Under the pieces are notes generated by a model. That model was not told the origin of the DNA. It worked only from the letters and a program-made list of their open reading frames with translations, and did no database searches. From a virus, in IMG/VR virus record IMGVR_UViG_3300017735_000003, positions 2,291-66,290 of that record: a DNA stretch of 64,000 nucleotides; one strand, 5' to 3'. The translations under genes were made by a program, and so were the position numbers. This document shows, one piece after another, positions 18,991 through 27,363 of this stretch (the stretch's first letter is position 1; every line of letters begins with the position of its first letter).

Positions 18991-19631
18991 TCCTGACTAC
19001 AACTCGTAAAGTTGAATTAGATTCCAAGTTGATTAAACAACTTGAGACTAAATTCATGACACCTGAATATAAGTTTCCAAAAGATTCTTATCTTGATGAT
19101 GCTGGTCAAAAACCACCAGAAGATTTCCTAAATTCTCGAATATATTCGAGTTGGGATGAGATGACTAAACCTCATTTTCCTCCTGATGTAGAGACATGGT
19201 ATCACAATTTAATTAGTGGTATTTTATCCGAGGTTGGATTACTGGGAAGAATTCATGCTGTCAATAGTAAGTGGTGTCAAATTTATACCAATAAAACTGA
19301 AGGTCATGGCGTTCACACACACTGCGGCGGTCAAGAATTTATATCATGGGTACATTTTGTGAAGACACCAACAGATCAGAAATGTTTTTTCTTTGTTGAT
19401 TCTAATTCACAGAAAGTATATCCAGAGCAGGACAGTGGAACTCTACTACTCTTTCCACCTTATATGATGCATGGTGTAGAACCTCTAGGGGACAGTCAAA
19501 ATTCTAGGATTGTCGTTGCCGGAAATATTGTTGCTCAACAATATAAACCTGTTCCATATGCAGACTTGACATTTAATATTGATAATGATAATGGAAAGGT
19601 CACATGGAAACCTAGTGAAGATCCTAGATAG
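18987..19631 (+). CDS. Putative 2OG-Fe(II) oxygenase (HxH type)
   Basis: 'WCQIY..HGVHTH..ISWVHF..GTLLLFPPYMMHGV..RIVVAGN'. Confidence 0.82.
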   Translation: MILTTTRKVELDSKLIKQLETKFMTPEYKFPKDSYLDDAGQKPPEDFLNSRIYSSWDEMTKPHFPPDVETWYHNLISGILSEVGLLGRIHAVNSKWCQIYTNKTEGHGVHTHCGGQEFISWVHFVKTPTDQKCFFFVDSNSQKVYPEQDSGTLLLFPPYMMHGVEPLGDSQNSRIVVAGNIVAQQYKPVPYADLTFNIDNDNGKVTWKPSEDPR

Positions 19632-19652
19632 ATGAGTATATGATTACATGCC

Positions 19653-19871
19653 ATGTCTATGTTAGATTTCTTTAAGAGAGAAGAATATGATAATGCTTTT
19701 GCATTTGCTGATAAACTTCTCGAACTTCAAGATCGTATAGAAGATCTTGAAAGAGCAAATTCTGAAAAAAATACCGCTTTGTTTGAATTAGAAAATCGAC
19801 TATTATATGAGATTGACAGAATTCATCCGGTGCAGTATAATATAGTTGCTAAAGAAGACATCGATGCATAG
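19653..19871 (+). CDS. Hypothetical coiled-coil protein
   Basis: 72-aa ORF with a heptad pattern. Confidence 0.65.
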   Translation: MSMLDFFKREEYDNAFAFADKLLELQDRIEDLERANSEKNTALFELENRLLYEIDRIHPVQYNIVAKEDIDA

Positions 19872-20427
19872 TATACGTGATTACATCAAATTATATGAGA
19901 ATATCTTCACTCCAGAAGATTGTGCAATAATTCTTGATGAGTATAAAGATTGTGATTGCTGGCATCCAGCAAAGGTGGGATCTAAATCTACTGAAAATTA
20001 TAATATCCGCAATTGTGATATTATGAACCTATCTTTATCTTATGTTATTAATAAAAACATGCATCATCGTAAAGAGATTGATAACATGATCTATGAGAAA
20101 ATAGGTGAAGTAATACGAAAATATGGTGACAAGTTTTCTCTGTGTAATGTCAGAGATGATAGTGGATATGATCTACTTAGATATAAAACAGGTGGATTTT
20201 ATAGAGAACATGTAGACAATGCTCCTGATCTGCTGAGAACAGTTGCTATGTCTATCAATTTAAACGATGATTATGTGGGCGGAGAAATGGCATTCTTTGG
20301 CAACAAAATACATGTCAGAGGTGGTGCTGGTAGTGTAATAGTATTCCCTGCTAATTTTATGTACCCCCATCAAATTCTAGATGTCACTGAAGGAACTAGA
20401 TATTCTATCGTAACTTGGCTAACTTAG
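19864..20427 (+). CDS. 2OG-Fe(II) oxygenase (prolyl-4-hydroxylase-like)
   Basis: 'LLRY..GGFYREHVD..LNDDYVGGE..FPANFMYPHQI..GTRYSIVTW'. Confidence 0.92.
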   Translation: MHSIRDYIKLYENIFTPEDCAIILDEYKDCDCWHPAKVGSKSTENYNIRNCDIMNLSLSYVINKNMHHRKEIDNMIYEKIGEVIRKYGDKFSLCNVRDDSGYDLLRYKTGGFYREHVDNAPDLLRTVAMSINLNDDYVGGEMAFFGNKIHVRGGAGSVIVFPANFMYPHQILDVTEGTRYSIVTWLT

Positions 20428-20474
20428 AGACTAAAGTGTTAAATAGTTAAAACATTTAATACAAAAATCTTAAA

Positions 20475-20615
20475 GTGGACTTATCCGATAAGAAAGCAAT
20501 CAAAAAAATAATCAAACGATCTAAAAAACATCCTGACTGGTATACCCAAGAGGAAGTTATATACGCTAAACTAGTAAAGAAACAATTAAAGAAACAAGAG
20601 AAGACAGATGAGTAA
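20475..20615 (+). CDS. Small basic hypothetical protein
   Basis: GTG-start 46-aa ORF read by hand ('KKHPDWYTQEEV'). Confidence 0.55.
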   Translation: MDLSDKKAIKKIIKRSKKHPDWYTQEEVIYAKLVKKQLKKQEKTDE

Positions 20616-21012
20616 ACTAGACGATCTTCGCGAACAGACGAGACAAAAAGAGGTAGTTATTCGTTGTAGACATTGTGGATTAAATGGTGATTGGAGAATA
20701 GATAACAAAAATGCTAAATTATACTTATCTAAAATCATTGATTTGTTGTCTGAAACTCAAATTATAGATCATGAAGATATTGCATGGGGAATGAAAGTCG
20801 ATAAACATTGGAAAGGTCCGAGATATGATAAATGTGATATTTCATATCCAGGAATAGTATGTAAAGATGCTCCAAATCCTTATGGAAAAAAATACCGACT
20901 GATAGATGGTAATCATCGAATGGCGAAGATGACTGATATGAACATAACGAAGAGTTGCTATTATGTTATTGAATATGCTATACTAAAACCATACTTTGTA
21001 TACACACCCTAA
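20608..21012 (+). CDS. ParB/sulfiredoxin-like domain protein
   Basis: 'YPGIV..YRLIDGNHR' motif. Confidence 0.7.
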   Translation: MSKLDDLREQTRQKEVVIRCRHCGLNGDWRIDNKNAKLYLSKIIDLLSETQIIDHEDIAWGMKVDKHWKGPRYDKCDISYPGIVCKDAPNPYGKKYRLIDGNHRMAKMTDMNITKSCYYVIEYAILKPYFVYTP

Positions 21013-21022
21013 AGAAAAACTA

Positions 21023-21208
21023 ATGACTAAACCCGAAGATGATTCACTACTCGTCGAATATGACGAGGACACTGGCACAATGAAGGTTGAATGGGATGAT
21101 AAAGATCCTAAATGGAACTGGTTGAATAGTCTCGATCAGCAAGAAGTTAAGGAAGTTATTAGCACCAATCTCTCACGAATGCTAGCAGAGCATGAAGGTG
21201 ACGATTAG
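21023..21208 (+). CDS. Hypothetical protein
   Basis: 61-aa acidic ORF. Confidence 0.6.
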   Translation: MTKPEDDSLLVEYDEDTGTMKVEWDDKDPKWNWLNSLDQQEVKEVISTNLSRMLAEHEGDD

Positions 21209-21290
21209 TAACAGCAATCTAAATAAAGTGTTGAAAGTCACACACTTTCAGTATTTTCCTGCTATTATTGATAAATCACTAAGGTAACAC

Positions 21291-21446
21291 ATGACACTCT
21301 CGATGAAGGACCAAAAACTCAGTAAAGAAGAAGTCGAAAGCATTGAAAATGCCATCGAAGATGCTGGTGTTACCGCTATTCATCCCAGTAAAATGGAAGC
21401 ATTCGCCCAGTATATGGTCGAAAAAATGAAAACTCAAAATAAATAG
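21291..21446 (+). CDS. Small hypothetical protein
   Basis: 51-aa ORF read by hand, with AAGG RBS. Confidence 0.6.
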   Translation: MTLSMKDQKLSKEEVESIENAIEDAGVTAIHPSKMEAFAQYMVEKMKTQNK

Positions 21447-21466
21447 TAACAAAATTTCATACTACA

Positions 21467-21694
21467 ATGGAAAACATCGAAACTCACATCGCCAAGGACA
21501 AAGAAATCCTTGACAATCCTATGATTTCACCGAATCAACGTCGCCACATTGAAGGTGAGTTGCATGAACTGGAAGAGTATGCAGAACATCACAAGAAAGA
21601 AATTGAAGCAGGTGATCATCATGATCCAACATACTTAGAACTATTCTGTGATCAAAACCCATCCGAACCTGAATGTTTAATCTATGAAGATTAG
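21467..21694 (+). CDS. cp12: CP12 Calvin-cycle inhibitor (cyanophage type)
   Basis: C-terminal 'LELFCDQNPSEPECLIYED' Cys-pair motif. Confidence 0.93.
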   Translation: MENIETHIAKDKEILDNPMISPNQRRHIEGELHELEEYAEHHKKEIEAGDHHDPTYLELFCDQNPSEPECLIYED

Positions 21695-21881
21695 TGATTT
21701 TGTAAAGGGACAACGATTTCTCTACGTTGCTAATGGTTTTGAACACGATGGTGTAGTAAATTTCATTGATGATATTGGTGGAAAGTATATTACATTAACA
21801 GTTGGTCCGAGTAACTTAGTGATCTATCCGCAATGGTGGGACAGATTAACTCCAATTGACAAGCCCCCCTGTGACAGTTAA
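21684..21881 (+). CDS. Hypothetical protein
   Basis: 65-aa ORF overlapping the cp12 stop. Confidence 0.6.
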   Translation: MKISDFVKGQRFLYVANGFEHDGVVNFIDDIGGKYITLTVGPSNLVIYPQWWDRLTPIDKPPCDS

Positions 21882-21928
21882 TGAACTGGTTCAGCACCCT
21901 TGACGGGGTGCTTTTTTTATGCCATACT
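21871..21928 (+). promoter_or_regulatory. Early promoter motif copy 3 with an embedded terminator hairpin
   Basis: GTGACAGTTAATGAACTGGTTC, 30 nt (AGCACCC-TTGAC-GGGGTGCT + T run), CATACT. Confidence 0.78.
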
Positions 21929-21951
21929 TACAAAGTAATCGAGACCACAGC

Positions 21952-22515
21952 ATGAACGAGTATCTAACCCGCACACTGCTTCCGTTGATTGTCACCATTG
22001 AACCTAAAAAGTCTGAGAGTGATCTTGTCGATGCACTTGGATTAGAATTAAATTCTAGTCAAAGCATTTTGATTACTACCGGTAATCGTATTGAACAATT
22101 CTGGAACATTGTTATCAGTGATAGTAAGAGTGATAATCTGATTGAAAAGGTTAACTTAGTTGCCGTCAACGGAAAAGATCGTCAGATTGATCATCACTTT
22201 AAGTGCTATCTGGATGGTCTCTTTTACTATTTGGAGAGTAAGTGCAACACAAACTTAGATAGTGAGAAAGTAAAAGCATCTAATAAGAAGGTTGGTGAGG
22301 TTAAATGTGCTCTTAATGCTAATGTTGGTGCATACTTCAAACCTGTTGTGAGTGTGCCATCAGCAGCAGATCTTACCAAGTTTAATAATAAAGGAGTTGA
22401 TATCTATGGTGTTAAGTGGATGCTCTCCAAGATTGATGCACAGTTTACTGAAGAAGAATATTTCACATTCTTGCGTGAGGTTGTTGCTCCAATCTTAGTG
22501 GAAAAGGGTCTGTGA
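21952..22515 (+). CDS. Putative PD-(D/E)xK endonuclease (restriction-enzyme-like)
   Basis: 'GNRIEQF..QIDHHF..YYLESKCN' (E..D..ExK) directly upstream of a methylase. Confidence 0.55.
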   Translation: MNEYLTRTLLPLIVTIEPKKSESDLVDALGLELNSSQSILITTGNRIEQFWNIVISDSKSDNLIEKVNLVAVNGKDRQIDHHFKCYLDGLFYYLESKCNTNLDSEKVKASNKKVGEVKCALNANVGAYFKPVVSVPSAADLTKFNNKGVDIYGVKWMLSKIDAQFTEEEYFTFLREVVAPILVEKGL

Positions 22516-22546
22516 TATAATTAACTAGTAAACTGACTGAGTACAT

Positions 22547-23374
22547 ATGAAACCTGTCATTAAGTATCAAGGTGGTAAAACTCGCGAGATCAAAACTATC
22601 ACGCGGATGATGCCTAAACAATTCAATCGCATTGTGGAACCATTTTGTGGTGGTGCAGCGGTGTCATTTAACTTCGAGAAACCATCAGTATTATCTGATA
22701 GTAACTCGATGGTAATCAATCTCTACAAAGTATTGCAGAGTGATGACTATGTGCATGTCTTAAATCATATTGACATCATCAAAAGTTATGATCATGATGC
22801 ATTACAAGAGGCATTCTATGCTGCAAGAAATGTAATCAATAATCCTCAAGATTTCACGCCATTAATACAAGCAATATCATATATTATTGTGCGGCAGTTA
22901 TGTTTCTCTGGCATGGAGAGGTATAATGCTAAGGGTGAATTTAATGTGCCATTCGGACACTATAAGAAGATGGGATGTAACTTAACATCAGATCATCATA
23001 CATTTCTGAGTAATACTATCATTGATCATGGTGATTTTGAGGTAGCACTCAATCATGCTAACTCCGATGACTTTGTGTTCATTGATCCTCCTTATCTTGA
23101 ACGTTTAGGATATCATACTGGTGATGGTGGTGAGGTTCACTCACGTCTCGCAGAAATTCTTAAGAATGCATCATACAAGTGGATGATCGTACACTCTGAT
23201 CATGAATTCTACCGTGAGCAATACAAATCTTTTCATATTATGACTAAAGATTTTCAGTATGCTCAACGGTTTGGTAAAGATAAAGACCATGCTGGTGCTA
23301 GCGTACAGCATCTTTACATCACCAACTACGAACCAGTTGACGAACTGGCACAGGGTCGCCTCCCACTGCCATGA
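22547..23374 (+). CDS. DNA N6-adenine methyltransferase (D12/Dam class)
   Basis: 'IKYQGGK', 'EPFCGGAAV', 'RYNAKGEFNVPFG', 'FIDPPY'. Confidence 0.93.
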   Translation: MKPVIKYQGGKTREIKTITRMMPKQFNRIVEPFCGGAAVSFNFEKPSVLSDSNSMVINLYKVLQSDDYVHVLNHIDIIKSYDHDALQEAFYAARNVINNPQDFTPLIQAISYIIVRQLCFSGMERYNAKGEFNVPFGHYKKMGCNLTSDHHTFLSNTIIDHGDFEVALNHANSDDFVFIDPPYLERLGYHTGDGGEVHSRLAEILKNASYKWMIVHSDHEFYREQYKSFHIMTKDFQYAQRFGKDKDHAGASVQHLYITNYEPVDELAQGRLPLP

Positions 23375-23387
23375 AACCGTGTATATT
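23333..23387 (+). promoter_or_regulatory. Early promoter motif copy 4
   Basis: CCAGTTGACGAACTGGCAC, 30 nt, TATATT; followed by two 5'-leader hairpins. Confidence 0.8.
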
Positions 23388-23460
23388 AGATGAGTGGAGG
23401 GGAGACCTTCCACGTCACGCGCTAGTCTCCTAGGGACTAGCAAACCTTTCTTTCCTTAAC

Positions 23461-23703
23461 ATGCAAATCTCCAACAACGTCTGCACTGTTGATTTCTTTC
23501 CTGAGGCATTCATCGCTGATGAGGGCGTCAAGCGTTTCCAGAAGCGTGTCACCTTCAACAATGGTACAAAGTCCTATAGCACTGTAACCCTGCTCACAGC
23601 ACGTAATGAGTGGGAGACACGCATCGCTAACGGTGCTGAGGTCACTGGTTATAACATGTCACAAATGCCACGTTCTGAGTATGCTCCGATGGCAGTCGGA
23701 TGA
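23461..23703 (+). CDS. Hypothetical early protein
   Basis: 80-aa ORF after the promoter motif. Confidence 0.75.
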   Translation: MQISNNVCTVDFFPEAFIADEGVKRFQKRVTFNNGTKSYSTVTLLTARNEWETRIANGAEVTGYNMSQMPRSEYAPMAVG

Positions 23704-24122
23704 GTAATATTCCTTTCTTTACCGTTCAAGAATGGGAGGAGCAATGGGATAATCTCTTTGCTCGCGTTGAGAACGGTGAAACACTTGGGGTGACAAATGG
23801 CACACAATGTGCTATTATGTTACCGTACACAATCTATCAATCAATCAAACCAACTTCTAAAGAAATGATCGTATCTGCTCCTATCGCTCGTATGCTGACC
23901 GCTGAACAGTCTAGTGCTGTTGCATTCATCAAGATCGAAGACAACATTGTAACTATTTCATATCAGTCTAATCCTGATAACATGTATGAGTTCACCAGTG
24001 AATCACAATCATTTGTATCACAACTGACGCAAATTGTTGAGGCAGAAGATCTTATGGGCATGTCTCTCGGTGGTGTTATTGCTGATGCTCGCCGCGTTGG
24101 TGATTTAGTCCAGAATGGTTAG
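23700..24122 (+). CDS. Phd/YefM-like N-terminus fused to a KTSC-like domain
   Basis: 'FTVQEWEEQWDNLFARVENGETLGVT..AIMLP' and 'SSAVAFIKI..ISYQS..YEF..SLG'. Confidence 0.5.
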   Translation: MSNIPFFTVQEWEEQWDNLFARVENGETLGVTNGTQCAIMLPYTIYQSIKPTSKEMIVSAPIARMLTAEQSSAVAFIKIEDNIVTISYQSNPDNMYEFTSESQSFVSQLTQIVEAEDLMGMSLGGVIADARRVGDLVQNG

Positions 24123-24252
24123 TATTCCATTAGTATACGAAGAAATTGTTCTTCTTCAAGAAATCCTGATCGCTATCGATAACGCTGAACCAGTTATCAT
24201 CGAGGATCAGGATTTATTTCACTCACTTTATCTCAAGGTAATGCAATCATGA
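24115..24252 (+). CDS. Small hypothetical protein
   Basis: 45-aa ORF read by hand, overlapping neighbours on both sides. Confidence 0.5.
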   Translation: MVSIPLVYEEIVLLQEILIAIDNAEPVIIEDQDLFHSLYLKVMQS

Positions 24253-24392
24253 CTTATATTGTTACCATGTATGCCGCTGGCAAAACATTCAAAGAAAAAG
24301 TAATCGCTGCTAATCCTCAAGATGCTCGCACAACTGCTGAAGCCCGTAACCCCAGTGCAACAGTCATGGGAGTTACTGTTCAATTCGACTGA
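24249..24392 (+). CDS. Small hypothetical protein
   Basis: 47-aa ORF read by hand ('VIAANPQDARTTAEARNP'). Confidence 0.6.
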   Translation: MTYIVTMYAAGKTFKEKVIAANPQDARTTAEARNPSATVMGVTVQFD

Positions 24393-24477
24393 ATATGTTG
24401 ATGAAAGTGTTGATGGAGCGATTGAAGATCACCACATCAATGAATTACATAAGTTTGCTGAACTGTCAATCAACCCT

Positions 24478-24535
24478 GTGACAGTTCATAAACTGGTTGC
24501 TAGTACGTGGCAAACGCTCTAGCATGGTCTATAAT
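24478..24535 (+). promoter_or_regulatory. Early promoter motif copy 5
   Basis: GTGACAGTTCATAAACTGGTTG, 30 nt, TATAAT. Confidence 0.8.
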
Positions 24536-24556
24536 TAATTCATCAGCAAAGCACTC

Positions 24557-24808
24557 ATGACCGTCACCATCGTCAAGCACTCCTTCTACAAGATCGAGAT
24601 CGACACTCATGAGGCACCACAGCAACCGATCGTGTATTTCCGTAAGGAAGGCAAGTGTACCACTGCTAAGGGCATGGATCGTCAGCATGATCGTATTGTG
24701 ATGGAGACTGTTGAGCAATGGCGTCCATTCTCACAGCAGATCCGTCGCTACACTGTCTCTCGTGTGCCAGTTGACGTAGTGGTCGGTGGCGAGATCCGCA
24801 AGGCATAA
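24557..24808 (+). CDS. Hypothetical early protein
   Basis: 83-aa ORF between two promoter motifs. Confidence 0.72.
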   Translation: MTVTIVKHSFYKIEIDTHEAPQQPIVYFRKEGKCTTAKGMDRQHDRIVMETVEQWRPFSQQIRRYTVSRVPVDVVVGGEIRKA

Positions 24809-24821
24809 TACCTGCTATAAT
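24764..24821 (+). promoter_or_regulatory. Early promoter motif copy 6
   Basis: GTGCCAGTTGACGTAGTGGTCG, 30 nt, TATAAT. Confidence 0.72.
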
Positions 24822-24848
24822 TAATTCATCAACCAAGGAACCCCACTC

Positions 24849-25079
24849 ATGATCGTTCTCACCTGCGAAGACCACGGATGTGCTTATTCTATTGATAGCG
24901 AGGGCACATTATACTATAGTGTGCAATATAATGATGGATCTATTAATGTAGAAGACTGGGATGAAGTCGATCATATGGCATTGTTAGGTGAAGAGTGTGA
25001 GTATAAGACAATCATTGATACTGTTCATGAGCAACTGATTGCCATGAGTAAGTTAATTGGAGAGTATTATCAGGCATAA
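24849..25079 (+). CDS. Hypothetical early protein
   Basis: 76-aa ORF with AAGGA RBS. Confidence 0.72.
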   Translation: MIVLTCEDHGCAYSIDSEGTLYYSVQYNDGSINVEDWDEVDHMALLGEECEYKTIIDTVHEQLIAMSKLIGEYYQA

Positions 25080-25122
25080 TTAGTATAGTTCCGCATCGTT
25101 CTTCATTCTTTCCGCATTCATC

Positions 25123-25578
25123 ATGACTACTACTTTCACTGACTACGTTGCTACTCAAGATGCTCGTAATAGTATTCAACTTAAGGTACGTGAGTATGCA
25201 TTAATGTTATGTGATGCATTGGAATATGACTTCAAGCGTGATAGCATTCGCCGTGCTAACTTCTTTAATCATACTGATCCTGAGTATAAAGCACAACGTC
25301 TTGAATCTATTGAGCGTGGTGATTGCCTGTATAAGTTTTATATTGAATCCGGTCGTAAGTATCACAAGATCATTATGGAGACTGAGAGTGGTAATCGTAG
25401 CGTACATTGCTTTATTAACATGAAGACTGGTGAGTTGCATAAAGCAGCATCATTCAAAGCACCAGTGAAAGAAGCACGTTTCGATCTGAATATCATTAAA
25501 GAGCGTGAGTTTGTCCTTGAGAAGTGTGACTGGAGTGGTGGATATCTTTATAAGAATGCATACTACCAAGGTGCCTGA
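25123..25578 (+). CDS. Hypothetical early protein
   Basis: 151-aa ORF ('GRKYHKI..SVHCFI..TGELHKAASFKAP'). Confidence 0.8.
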   Translation: MTTTFTDYVATQDARNSIQLKVREYALMLCDALEYDFKRDSIRRANFFNHTDPEYKAQRLESIERGDCLYKFYIESGRKYHKIIMETESGNRSVHCFINMKTGELHKAASFKAPVKEARFDLNIIKEREFVLEKCDWSGGYLYKNAYYQGA

Positions 25579-25579
25579 T

Positions 25580-25780
25580 ATGCAGTACACTAAAGAACAA
25601 TTGATTGATGCACTCGTATATGAGTGGGATTACCTTTGCCATGATGATTACGATCCTGATGATGACACACCAGAAGAGTATCGTCTTAAGTTAGAGTTAC
25701 TTACTACTGAAGAACTGGTAGAAGAAACATCTACTGGTGAAGGATATACTTTAGAAGAGTTTATGGAGAACTGGTTATGA
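25580..25780 (+). CDS. Hypothetical acidic protein
   Basis: 66-aa ORF from ATG 25580. Confidence 0.7.
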   Translation: MQYTKEQLIDALVYEWDYLCHDDYDPDDDTPEEYRLKLELLTTEELVEETSTGEGYTLEEFMENWL

Positions 25781-26310
25781 CAGTTGTTGCAGAGTATAAG
25801 GATATATTGTCACAAGAAGATTGGAATACTGTTCGTAATATCTTAAAGCGTCCACAATGGAAGTTCGGTCATACTTCTACGCATCTTGATAGTCTCGCAT
25901 CAGTACTGCCAAGACCGAAATATTGGAAGATGAAGTTACATGAGGATGAATTCTTTATGTCATATATGTCAGAGATCATACTCAACCTAGTTCCAGTTAA
26001 TAATCTCAAGGTCAGGAACGTATATGCTGGAGGTAATACATTCGGTACGTCTGGTGATATTCATACTGATAGTGAAGATGATAACTATTATACTTTTTTA
26101 TATCATGCCTCACCTGATCTATGGAAACCAATGTATGGAGGTAAGACATCATTCTATCCAGTCAATGCTCCCCCTGAGTATTACGAGTTCACTCCTAATA
26201 GCGGTCTCTTCTTTCACTCTAATGTCCCACATCTAGGTGAACCAGTCACTAGATACTTTGATGGATTACGCATCTGCATTGCATTTAAACTTATACCCTT
26301 ACTCTCATGA
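25777..26310 (+). CDS. 2OG-Fe(II) oxygenase
   Basis: 'GDIHTD..W..YGGKT..FHSNVPH..LRICIAFK'. Confidence 0.88.
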   Translation: MTVVAEYKDILSQEDWNTVRNILKRPQWKFGHTSTHLDSLASVLPRPKYWKMKLHEDEFFMSYMSEIILNLVPVNNLKVRNVYAGGNTFGTSGDIHTDSEDDNYYTFLYHASPDLWKPMYGGKTSFYPVNAPPEYYEFTPNSGLFFHSNVPHLGEPVTRYFDGLRICIAFKLIPLLS

Positions 26311-26933
26311 TTCATAATCATATCTACTATTCGGATGAACCAATCATTACATCAGAATTCTGTAATGATCTTATTAATAAGTTTGAACAAGATCCCCACC
26401 TACGTTCTGGTTCTACTGGACCAACTAATGTTATAGATGATAGGATTAAGAAGTCAACTGATCTTCATATCACATCACATCCTGGGTATGAAGAAGAACA
26501 TGAAGTCCTGAAGAAAGCAACAATTAATCAATTTGCTGAGTATAAGAAAGCATTAGAAGAGTTAGTCCCAGTATATTACTTGACTACTGTTGGTATGAAG
26601 TTCCCTGGATTTAATATGCAGAGGACATTACCAGGTGAGTATTATAATTGGCATTGTGATGAAGATAATGTAGCAGGTGGTAGAAACTATTCTAGAGGCA
26701 TTACTTATATCATATACATGAATGATATACACAATGATGGTTATACTGAGTTCTATGATGGGACACGTATTCAACCCAAGCAAGGGCATTGTTTATTGTT
26801 TCCCGCAACTTGGACTTATGTTCATCGTGGTGTTCCGCCTGTTGATGAAACGAAGTACTTATGCACTGGTTGGGCATACTATCAGGGGTTAGTTAATCCA
26901 ACAGATCGGCAGGGTAATATGCGTGTTATGTGA
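26307..26933 (+). CDS. 2OG-Fe(II) oxygenase
   Basis: 'YNWHCD..YMNDI..GYTEF..LFPATWTYVHRG..KYLCTGW'. Confidence 0.92.
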   Translation: MIHNHIYYSDEPIITSEFCNDLINKFEQDPHLRSGSTGPTNVIDDRIKKSTDLHITSHPGYEEEHEVLKKATINQFAEYKKALEELVPVYYLTTVGMKFPGFNMQRTLPGEYYNWHCDEDNVAGGRNYSRGITYIIYMNDIHNDGYTEFYDGTRIQPKQGHCLLFPATWTYVHRGVPPVDETKYLCTGWAYYQGLVNPTDRQGNMRVM

Positions 26934-27065
26934 TGTTTACTGTATGAATTAAATGTTAATTAAAATATACTTTAGTTTTCCACAACCCTGTGGATAATGT
27001 GTGGAAAAAGGTGTGGAATACTTCATAATGCCTTGTAATGGTTGATAATGTACGGAGGTCTTTCT

Positions 27066-27094
27066 GTCTTAGCGTGCAACGTACCGAAAGTCAA
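27066..27094 (-). promoter_or_regulatory. Leftward sigma70-type promoter facing the DnaA boxes
   Basis: Minus strand TTGACT-17-TAAGAC. Confidence 0.45.
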
Positions 27095-27128
27095 GCCGAT
27101 GTATAAGATCTTCACAATTACTCCATAC

Positions 27129-27157
27129 TTGACAAAACTGCCAGAAGGCATTATAAT
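27129..27157 (+). promoter_or_regulatory. Consensus sigma70-type promoter
   Basis: TTGACA-17-TATAAT. Confidence 0.82.
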
Positions 27158-27241
27158 AACTCTGTAGGGGTTCAAAGGTAGCAAACCCTATAAGATCCTC
27201 TGAATGCCCCTTAGAATGTCTTCTGAGTGCCTCTGAGAGAC

Positions 27242-27271
27242 TTGACAGAACTACAGTTCCTATGCTATTAT
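27242..27271 (+). promoter_or_regulatory. Sigma70-type promoter
   Basis: TTGACA-18-TATTAT with TGn extension. Confidence 0.65.
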
Positions 27272-27283
27272 GAAATCTGTTGG

Positions 27284-27363
27284 TTCTGAGGTTTTTATAA
27301 TTCCTGAGAAACTTATAGAAACTCAGAAATTGAAGAAACTGAGGAATTATAAAAACCTCAGAA
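27284..27363. repeat. Perfect 22-bp inverted repeat
   Basis: TTCTGAGGTTTTTATAATTCCT (27284-27305) and its exact reverse complement (27342-27363). Confidence 0.95.

Noticed and set aside
24322-24522. 66-aa ORF from the track
   Set aside because: It overlaps the better ORF 24249-24392 and promoter copy 5.
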